A stretch of DNA of 64,000 nt from a virus. Under the pieces are notes generated by a model that ran no database searches, was not told the DNA's origin, and saw only the letters and a program-made list of their open reading frames with translations. Below, in pieces: positions 56,996 to 64,000 of this stretch (position 1 is the first letter of the stretch; each line of letters opens with the position of its first letter). Location: positions 32,001 through 96,000 of IMG/VR virus record IMGVR_UViG_3300028920_000037. One strand, written 5' to 3'. The position numbers and the translations under genes are program-made.

Positions 56996-57409
56996 TCAAG
57001 CATGGACATAGTAGGACACGTGGACCGTCACCCCAGCGAGAGCGTAGGAGGATTCAGCTTCTGACATATTAGGAATGTGTCCCTCTGCGAGCAAGCGGAA
57101 GCCCAGGTCGATCCCGCGGAGGCGCGACGCACTCCCAGGAACCATCTTGACCTTGCAGATTGAGACGACATCGAGTTCCAAGAGCGCGTCGCTCGCCACC
57201 TGGCAGGTTGGATGTTGAGGGTCGAGCCAGTGTTGCGCAGCCTCTTCAACCAACTCAGCGGTATCAGGCCGCCGGTCGAGCAACAATTCATAATCACGCG
57301 GCGTGTACTGAATCACAGCGTCGGTTTCGTTGAGTTGGTGGTCAGCGGCGAGTATCTTTCGCTTTGATCTCTTAGAGAGCCTGTTCGCCGCGTACAGGAT
57401 TTTAAGCAT
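56996..57409 (-). CDS. Hypothetical protein
   Basis: Minus-strand ORF with TACAAT-N5-ATG. Confidence 0.5.
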   Translation of the reverse strand: MLKILYAANRLSKRSKRKILAADHQLNETDAVIQYTPRDYELLLDRRPDTAELVEEAAQHWLDPQHPTCQVASDALLELDVVSICKVKMVPGSASRLRGIDLGFRLLAEGHIPNMSEAESSYALAGVTVHVSYYVHA

Positions 57410-57431
57410 GGTCAATTGTAGGCCTTACGCA

Positions 57432-57460
57432 GTGTAGCTGCACCTCACGTATGGTAGTGT
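57432..57460 (+). promoter_or_regulatory. Sigma70-type promoter GTGTAG-N17-TAGTGT, leaderless
   Basis: The -10 ends 6 nt before ATG 57467. Confidence 0.55.
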
Positions 57461-57466
57461 TGTTGC

Positions 57467-57670
57467 ATGGTCTATGAATACAAGTGTGCATCTTGTGGGA
57501 AGATGCACGAGATCGAACATGCAATCAGCGAAGAACCTCGAACAGTGTGTCCTGCGTGTGGTAAAGATTCACTTAGGAGGCAGATCAGTGGAGCACCCAG
57601 GTTTATCCTGAAGGGTCGTGGGTGGGCGTCAGACGGATATTCTTTGCCAGAAAAGGTGTCCTCTGACTGA
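57467..57670 (+). CDS. FmdB-family zinc-ribbon protein
   Basis: YEYKCASCG...CPACG...L.R.IS...F.LKG.GW..DGY. Confidence 0.88.
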   Translation: MVYEYKCASCGKMHEIEHAISEEPRTVCPACGKDSLRRQISGAPRFILKGRGWASDGYSLPEKVSSD

Positions 57671-57708
57671 TCGAACTACAGCCCTGTGGCTGCATAGAGG
57701 AACGCTCA

Positions 57709-58053
57709 ATGTTTGTTCCAATCCTAAGCACAGAAGAAGCACTAGTTCGGATTGCGTTGTTCTGGATGAAAATGGATAACTTGGGTCTGTGTCGACCTTA
57801 CAACCATGTAGCTCAGCTTTGTGTTGAATCCGCGCTGGCTCGTGGTGATCAAAAAAGTGCGGAAACCTTGGTTGTTGATAACCAGCCAAGATGCAATGTT
57901 AAGCAGATTTCTAGGTTTGTCCCTGGAAGACACTACTATGCGCTTGATCGTAAGTTTTTAACCTACGATTTGGCTGTGACGTATTTACGAGATCGTGGAT
58001 ATACAGTTCATCCTGAGGTGTTTGAGTACAGAATCCTTAGAGAAGGAGATTGA
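57709..58053 (+). CDS. Hypothetical protein
   Basis: SD GAGG; 114 aa. Confidence 0.45.
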   Translation: MFVPILSTEEALVRIALFWMKMDNLGLCRPYNHVAQLCVESALARGDQKSAETLVVDNQPRCNVKQISRFVPGRHYYALDRKFLTYDLAVTYLRDRGYTVHPEVFEYRILREGD

Positions 58054-58316
58054 TTTGGATGCTTACGGGATAAGCAAGGAAGAACGAACATGGCAATGTC
58101 AGGGGACCTTCTTGGTCCCCTGCGTCGTATGCAGGCGATGATGCAGTGACGTATAATCAAGCTATGGTACACAGATACCTACGGACGACGTTCAGGATAG
58201 ATTGACACTTGAAAAGTTTAGGAAGCTTGAAGAATTTGCTTGTCAGTTGTGAACATCCGCGTCATCTACGGTTTGTCAATTCATATTTCTCCAGGAACAC
58301 TTTCAAAACTTGTTAG

Positions 58317-58751
58317 GTGCAGATGATATCAAACGAAAAAGAACCTCCTCACACCCTTCGGGCGTGCGAGAACCATCCAACAGTACAGAAGATCAACAAG
58401 CTCTGTGAAGTCGCTCAAGAGCTCGGTGTCTACGTTCAGTTCTTTGGGCACCGTACGTTTGTTACTGACAAAGAATTTCCTGGTCGCCTTTACGATATCA
58501 GCGACATTGGGAATTCAGACGAAGCGATCAGCGATTTCCCACCTCAGCTTGACTACAAGCTTACGTTTGAGAATCCAAAGTGGACGAACTGGAACAATGA
58601 AAATAACGCTCGCCGCGAAAAAGAACGTAGACAGGCTGAGGCTGAGGAGCGACGCGTTCGCGAGGAAGAAGAACGTCAAAAGGCACGAGCTCTCGAAGAG
58701 CGTGAGCGGCAAGAACTCGCTCGTCTGAAGGAGAAGTATAGAGATGAGTAG
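58317..58751 (+). CDS. Hypothetical protein with charged coiled-coil C-terminus
   Basis: E/R-rich tail ending ELARLKEKY. Confidence 0.55.
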   Translation: MQMISNEKEPPHTLRACENHPTVQKINKLCEVAQELGVYVQFFGHRTFVTDKEFPGRLYDISDIGNSDEAISDFPPQLDYKLTFENPKWTNWNNENNARREKERRQAEAEERRVREEEERQKARALEERERQELARLKEKYRDE

Positions 58752-59241
58752 CATGAAGCACAAGTTCAGGTTTCCTGTCGGTGACTGGTCGGGTGACGGT
58801 CATGGTAAGTGTGAATGGTTTCAAGTTCGAAGCAACCAACCTGTCGAGAAATGGCGTGAGGCGTACTTTGCATCATTGATCAAATTCAATGAACACGACA
58901 TCGCACCTGATAGTCACCACAATGGCAGGAAGGATAGAGGCTGGCCTCTGCACAAGATGCGTGAGCTCGTTGGTTTCAAATTTCCAAATACCGATTATGA
59001 CTGGCAGTATGACCAGCAAAGGGGAGAAAAGATCGAAGTCATACAAGATATTCCAAGGGTTGGATTTCCGGATCCGAAGGACGCCGTAGGGTACACGCTC
59101 GCGTTCTGCCAGGCGTCTGATTCGTCGCTGAAGTTCGAGATCATTGAAAAAGAAACTGAGATGTTTCAGTTCTACGGTTTCGACGAGCAGGAAAGGCACA
59201 TCGGTCACATCGGTTACGAAATCTTCATGGATGGTTGGTGA
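58744..59241 (+). CDS. Hypothetical phage protein
   Basis: GDWSGDGHGK at the N-terminus, IGY at the C-terminus. Confidence 0.6.
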   Translation: MSSMKHKFRFPVGDWSGDGHGKCEWFQVRSNQPVEKWREAYFASLIKFNEHDIAPDSHHNGRKDRGWPLHKMRELVGFKFPNTDYDWQYDQQRGEKIEVIQDIPRVGFPDPKDAVGYTLAFCQASDSSLKFEIIEKETEMFQFYGFDEQERHIGHIGYEIFMDGW

Positions 59242-59310
59242 TGAATTCCGTGTCATATGCGTGTACAATCGTCAGTCCACAGGAGATATTGAAGATCTGC
59301 GGAGGTACAC

Positions 59311-59532
59311 ATGAAAGCAACGGCTGAATTCACGATCATCGAGCTAGAGCCAGGTACGTATTTTTCAGGATACGTCGGTACGTTGCCTCTTACGATTGAG
59401 TGGGCAAGCGTCGGTAACCCGCTGCTTGCGACAAGAGCACAACCAGGGTCGCTCGATGCTATTAAGGAAATGTTTCCGCATGCAAGGTACATGAGGGTCG
59501 AGGCAACCGCAGAGTGCGAGTACTATGAGTGA
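59311..59532 (+). CDS. Hypothetical protein
   Basis: SD GGAGG; 73 aa. Confidence 0.5.
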   Translation: MKATAEFTIIELEPGTYFSGYVGTLPLTIEWASVGNPLLATRAQPGSLDAIKEMFPHARYMRVEATAECEYYE

Positions 59533-61792
59533 GAAAACAATCAAGCGTGGTGCTCGAGTTGTCGATCCTGAATGCGTTTTACCGAAACGATTTGTTTCGC
59601 TTCATAACCATAGTGGATTTTCCACATATGATGGTTTGGGACCTCCGGAAGCTCACTTTGATTTTTGTATGGAAAATGGCTTAGATGCTCATGCCATTAC
59701 GGATCATGGCCATATGAATGGGTATGCAGCATCTCAATTGTACTATGAGAAGCTTAAGGATCAAGGGAGAGATTTTAAGTTCATACCTGGATGTGAATTT
59801 TATGTCCATCCTGACCTCGATGACTGGGCTCGCTACAGAGCACAGGAAGAGCAGAACAAGGAAGAGCGCAAGAAGGCTGAGCGTGCTGCGAGGAAACGTG
59901 GTGATGCTCCTGATAACGATGTTGACAATGCAAATGCATTGACAGTTGAGAACGAAGAGGCGTCTAAGACCAATAAGTACCGTGACCCATTGAAGCGCCG
60001 CCATCACCTTGTGGTGCTGCCTAAGAACACAGCAGGCCTCAAGAAAATCTTTTCACTGGTCTCCTATGGCTACTTGGATGGGTTTTATCGGTTCCCTAGG
60101 ATTGACATCAAGAGGATAAAGGCTGTCGCAGATGATGACATCATCCTCTCGTCGGCATGCATCGGTGGGCCCCTAGCATACGAGATCTTCGGTGTATTTG
60201 CAGACGCACAGTGGGATGAGATGGGCCCACACCTGCTCAACGACTCATCGAACTACGAAAAGGTGATGCGTGCCCTGGGCAACGCACACGACATGTACGC
60301 TGACTCTGTGGGTGTTCACAACATGTTCCTCGAGCTGCAGTTCAACAAGATGCCACAGCAGGACCTAGTAAACCTAGCGCTGCTCAGATACGCAGTCGCA
60401 AACGGCATACAGGATCAGCTCATCGTCACATGCGACGCCCACTATCCAGGACCAGACCTCTGGCGTCAGAGGATCATGTACAAGAAGCTTGGGTACCTGA
60501 ACTACACAGAGATCGATCCGTCGGCGATCCCTAAGTCGAAGGACGAGCTCGAGTGTGAACTCTATCCCAAAAATGCCCAGCAGCTCTGGGAGGAGTATGT
60601 GGGTTGTAAGGCTAGGTCGTCCGAGTACGAGGCGATCGAGGGCATCGATGAGATCGTCTGTGCCGCCGTAGAGCGTACGTACGACATCGCTCATACTGTC
60701 ATAGACGAGCTTCCTCCAGACAGAGAGGCAAAGTTTCCTCACATCAGTGCAGAGGGTGATAAGCCATTCAACTACCTCGTTCAGATGTGCAAGAAGGGCT
60801 TGAAGAAGCGTGGACACGCCCACAAGCTCGAATATGTTGATCGCCTAAAGGAAGAGCTCGGGGTCATGAAGGAGCTCGGAGTCTCGAGGTACTTCAACAC
60901 CCTTGCTGTCGTCATGCAGCTTGCACGTACGAAGGTGCTTACGGGACCGTGCAGAGGATCTGGTGGTGGTTCGCTCGTGAACTACTGCCTGTACATCACG
61001 GATGTCGATCCGATCAAGTACGACCTGTACTTCTCGAGGTTCATGTCGGTGTACCGAAAGGGTATGCCTGACGTTGACATCGACATCGATGATCGCGATA
61101 CTGTCCTTGACCTGTTGCGCAGCGAGTTTGGCTACACAAACGTCGTTCCGATCTCAAACTATAACCTCTTGAAGCTCAAGAGCCTGACAAAGGATGTGTG
61201 CAAGTTCTTTGGCGTGCCGTTCGAAGAGGTGAATGCCGCGATGCGTACCGTCGAGGACGACGTCAGGAAGTCGACCCTCAAGGAAGGCGACGACAAAAAC
61301 CTGTTTCAGCTGACGTTTGACGAGGCGATGGAACATTCGCCGAGTTATCGCGAGTTCATCGAAAAGCTTGCCGAAGACTTCCCAGAGGCCGTGGAGTCAA
61401 TCCAGGCGCTCTATAAAGAACAACGTTCGCTCGGACGCCATGCGGGTGGAGTCCTTGTTGTTGACGATCTGCGAGACAAGATGCCTCTCATTACCTCGGG
61501 TGGCGAACCACAGTCGCCGTGGGTCGAAGGCATGGCCGTAAAACATTTAGAAAAAATTGGTAATTTCATCAAATACGATTTATTGGGTCTACTTACTCTT
61601 CGTTTGATTAGGCGAACAATTGAATTAGTGCTTGAGAAACAGGTTCGAATTGATATTGACGGTCAAACGTTGTTTCTTGCGCCCGAGGAAAAGGTCGAAC
61701 TTACAGCAGGCATGTTCAAAAAAGCCAAAGATATCATAGAAGGTGATGAAATTGACGACGATTGGCTCAGAACTTACACAGAAGGTGCTTGA
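59525..61792 (+). CDS. dnaE: DNA polymerase III alpha subunit, N-terminal half (PHP, palm, thumb)
   Basis: SLHNHS.FS..DG, ITDHG, GCEFY, SSACIGG, TCDAHY, RGSGGGSLV.Y.L.IT.VDP, PDVDID, HAGGV, KYDLLGL. Stops about 70 aa after KYDLLGL, so it lacks fingers, clamp-binding and OB domains. Confidence 0.93.
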   Translation: MSEKTIKRGARVVDPECVLPKRFVSLHNHSGFSTYDGLGPPEAHFDFCMENGLDAHAITDHGHMNGYAASQLYYEKLKDQGRDFKFIPGCEFYVHPDLDDWARYRAQEEQNKEERKKAERAARKRGDAPDNDVDNANALTVENEEASKTNKYRDPLKRRHHLVVLPKNTAGLKKIFSLVSYGYLDGFYRFPRIDIKRIKAVADDDIILSSACIGGPLAYEIFGVFADAQWDEMGPHLLNDSSNYEKVMRALGNAHDMYADSVGVHNMFLELQFNKMPQQDLVNLALLRYAVANGIQDQLIVTCDAHYPGPDLWRQRIMYKKLGYLNYTEIDPSAIPKSKDELECELYPKNAQQLWEEYVGCKARSSEYEAIEGIDEIVCAAVERTYDIAHTVIDELPPDREAKFPHISAEGDKPFNYLVQMCKKGLKKRGHAHKLEYVDRLKEELGVMKELGVSRYFNTLAVVMQLARTKVLTGPCRGSGGGSLVNYCLYITDVDPIKYDLYFSRFMSVYRKGMPDVDIDIDDRDTVLDLLRSEFGYTNVVPISNYNLLKLKSLTKDVCKFFGVPFEEVNAAMRTVEDDVRKSTLKEGDDKNLFQLTFDEAMEHSPSYREFIEKLAEDFPEAVESIQALYKEQRSLGRHAGGVLVVDDLRDKMPLITSGGEPQSPWVEGMAVKHLEKIGNFIKYDLLGLLTLRLIRRTIELVLEKQVRIDIDGQTLFLAPEEKVELTAGMFKKAKDIIEGDEIDDDWLRTYTEGA

Positions 61793-63707
61793 CGCCTCTA
61801 CACGGCACACATCTGCAAACGCGATCGCCCGCGAGCTTGGAACGTCTGCATATAAGGTGCGAAGGGTCCTGAGCGATAATAACGTAACGCTTAAGCAGCA
61901 CATCGATCCAAACGCGATTCCAGAACACGAACATGAGCATGTTGTTGAACTACTTCGTGGTGGTATGTCGCGTGTTGACGTTGCAAAGAGGTTCAATTCG
62001 ACCATCAATGCCGTCAAAAAGGTACAAGATACCACGGGGTTTCGCAAACGTGCCGTAAGTCAGCCCAAGCGTTCCAATCACCTCGACGGCAAAGAACGCC
62101 AGATTATTGTGATGTATGAGTCTGGTTGTTCCGTCAATGAGATCGTCACCGCGCTTACAACGACAAAGACGTTTTTGAGACACAAGTTTCAAGAGCTTGG
62201 CATTATGCCATCGGAACGTCGAAAAAGAAAGGCCTTGACGAAGGCGGAGATGCTGGAATGTATCTCCCTTCGTTTGACCACCAAGGAGTCAATCAAAAGG
62301 TTGAAGACTACTCCAGCGGTGTTTCGCAAGTTCAGAAAGAAGTACGAGTTGTCATTTAGATACGATCTTGCGCCTAAGGGCGAGGACTTAGATCGTCTTA
62401 TTGCGTTGTTCAAACTTGGTAAAACTGCGCATGAAATTGCTGTTGAGATTTCATCGACTCCATCCTTGGTTACACGAGCCGCACGTCAGCAAGGATTGAT
62501 TTTTCGTGATCGTGTCAAGCAGAGGAAGATCATTCCAGAACATAGGATCAAAGATTTTAAACGCTTGTTCGAACGTGGGGATACAAAGCAACAGCTCGCA
62601 ACCACGTTTAAAACGACGACATATGTTGTCAATGCGACTGTTGCCCACATTGGACTGTCATTTGATGCTCGTGATGTACAGATTGCGCGTAACAACGCAG
62701 TTGAGCGCATAAACACGTTCGAACATTTAAACGTCATTGATGCGTCAGCATACAGGACGATGTACGGCCTCGACATACACGTTGAGTGTCTCAAATGTGG
62801 CCATAAATGGTGGGACTGCTACAATACGCTTCGAAATGGATTCTGTAGAGGGTGTTCTGTTAGGAGCAAACCGGAACTGGAAATATCACAGTTCATCGAT
62901 TCGATCGAAGGTATCTCTGTCGTTCGAAACACTCGAACGATCATTTCACCGCTCGAACTCGATGTCTATGTACCTGAACTTAAGCTTGCTGTTGAGTTCA
63001 ACGGGATATACTGGCATTCTGAAAAGGCAGGTACACCAAATAACTACCACGATCAAAAGATGCGTCGATGTCTAGAAAAAGGCATCATGCTTCTGCAATT
63101 TTTTGAAGATGAATGGTGGCACAAGCGTAACATTGTTGAAAGCATGATTATGCATCGTTTGGGGCGCTCAACGCGACGCGTGTTTGCAAGAAAGACCAGT
63201 GTAGTTGAAGTTCATAGCAAACAAAGGCAGGAGTTTTTTGCTCGAAATCACATAGATGGAGACGTCCCAGCAACAAAGGCGTGGGGGCTTGAATTAGATG
63301 GTGAACTCGTATCTGTGATCAGCGTGCGGCAGCCAAAACACAAGAAATACAATAACGCGATTGAAATCGCACGTTTTGCGTCAGTGTTGGGAACCGTCGT
63401 ACCCGGTGCGCTCGGCAGGTTGATGGTGCGTGTTTGTGAATTTTCTAATGACATGAACATTTCACAGATTGTTACATATGTCGATCTACGCCACGGTACA
63501 GGTAGGGGATACGAAGGCGTTGGATTTAGGCTCGATCATCTGACACCACCCAGATTTTGGTGGACAGACTTCAAACAACGCTATGATAGGTTCAAGTTCA
63601 AGGCAGACAAGGAGAATAATCTGACGCAGGAACAGGTCGCTAAGACCGCTGGAGTATGGCGAATTTTTGGTTGTTCGAATGCTTTGTATATCATGGATGT
63701 GCGCTAG
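61746..63707 (+). CDS. Hef-like homing endonuclease (HTH repeats, nuclease, GNAT-like domain), paralogue of 7667-9334
   Basis: Repeated HTH-like units; CLKCG, ELDVYVP..LAVEFNGIYWH, NHIDG, EIARF, TYVDLR...YEGVGF, PRFWWTDF..RYDRFK. Confidence 0.8.
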   Translation: MKLTTIGSELTQKVLDASTRHTSANAIARELGTSAYKVRRVLSDNNVTLKQHIDPNAIPEHEHEHVVELLRGGMSRVDVAKRFNSTINAVKKVQDTTGFRKRAVSQPKRSNHLDGKERQIIVMYESGCSVNEIVTALTTTKTFLRHKFQELGIMPSERRKRKALTKAEMLECISLRLTTKESIKRLKTTPAVFRKFRKKYELSFRYDLAPKGEDLDRLIALFKLGKTAHEIAVEISSTPSLVTRAARQQGLIFRDRVKQRKIIPEHRIKDFKRLFERGDTKQQLATTFKTTTYVVNATVAHIGLSFDARDVQIARNNAVERINTFEHLNVIDASAYRTMYGLDIHVECLKCGHKWWDCYNTLRNGFCRGCSVRSKPELEISQFIDSIEGISVVRNTRTIISPLELDVYVPELKLAVEFNGIYWHSEKAGTPNNYHDQKMRRCLEKGIMLLQFFEDEWWHKRNIVESMIMHRLGRSTRRVFARKTSVVEVHSKQRQEFFARNHIDGDVPATKAWGLELDGELVSVISVRQPKHKKYNNAIEIARFASVLGTVVPGALGRLMVRVCEFSNDMNISQIVTYVDLRHGTGRGYEGVGFRLDHLTPPRFWWTDFKQRYDRFKFKADKENNLTQEQVAKTAGVWRIFGCSNALYIMDVR

Positions 63708-63750
63708 TTAAAATAACACTGTGTGATATACCCCCAATCAGGAACGTTTG

Positions 63751-64000
63751 ATGATCATACCGAGTGGAAAGAAGCACGTTGTCTGGGCACGTATAGCAAA
63801 GACGGGTTCTATGTCAACAGAAAGAACGCTCACTGCATTGGGTGTGTTTATGCCACTGCGAAACGTGCTTCGTCGCCGAGAGGCGTACAAACCAAACAAG
63901 CACATCCTTGTCGTTGATGACCTTGGAAAGCTAGCTGACGTCGGCGTGAACGTTGACGATTGCTTCATCTTTACGATCGTTCGATCGCCTTACTCACGTG
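63751..64000 (+). CDS. Sulfotransferase (Sulfotransfer_2-like), runs off the window
   Basis: Not in the ORF track; translated by hand as MIIPSGKKHVVWARIAKTGSMST...CFIFTIVRSPYSR, with PAPS-binding KTGS and RxPxxR motifs. Confidence 0.7.
   Translation, partial: MIIPSGKKHVVWARIAKTGSMSTERTLTALGVFMPLRNVLRRREAYKPNKHILVVDDLGKLADVGVNVDDCFIFTIVRSPYSR

Noticed and set aside
61643-63707. A complete intein or group I intron interrupting dnaE
   Set aside because: There is no Cys/Ser at a plausible intein position 1. The HEG is in another frame and ends YIMDVR with no HN-C/S/T. Only ~40 nt separate it from an unrelated gene, leaving no room for an intron core or a downstream exon.
1-64000. CRISPR arrays, tRNA or rRNA genes
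   Set aside because: No repeat-spacer periodicity or cloverleaf with T-loop and acceptor stem was noticed in the short intergenic gaps. This was a manual scan only; tRNAscan-SE would be decisive.
1-64000. Stop-codon reassignment
   Set aside because: Conserved genes are full length in the standard code, and TAA, TAG and TGA all end genes at expected positions. The breaks seen are frameshifts, not in-frame stops.

Overview
This 64 kb window is from a large (jumbo-type) myophage with a contractile tail, read in the standard genetic code and almost entirely on the + strand. 1-25.2 kb is a tail module: two ~1000-aa sheath paralogues, tube, a chaperone pair probably joined by a +1 frameshift, a 1806-aa tape measure, and baseplate/LysM/hub-like genes, interspersed with homing endonuclease genes (HEGs). 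25.2-42.2 kb covers replication and nucleotide metabolism: minimal PolA, HD nuclease, SSB, RecA, frameshifted dUTPase, 5'-3' exonuclease, DnaB-type helicase, NrdJ, ThyX, Tmk, MT-A70 and MazG-like genes. 42.2-59.5 kb is accessory: three Hsp20, an RNA-repair island (RlaP-like NTase, Pnkp, RNA ligase, metallophosphoesterase, second Pol-beta NTase), a DNA MTase, Dps and a UDP-GlcA decarboxylase. 59.5-64 kb holds an N-terminal half of DnaE, a HEG and a partial sulfotransferase. The most notable signals are: (i) a fractured DnaE whose tail looks like a catalytically dead Hint/intein fragment; (ii) two promoter classes, TANNNT-N6-start and a putative late NTA(G/T/C)TTA, many apparently driving leaderless mRNAs; (iii) a shared N-terminal LRxxIxE helix on late-promoter genes, a possible capsid-targeting signal, one of them heading an operon with Dps; and (iv) the RNA-repair island. 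Several single-base frameshifts may be assembly errors. All calls come from motif recognition by eye; no searches were run.
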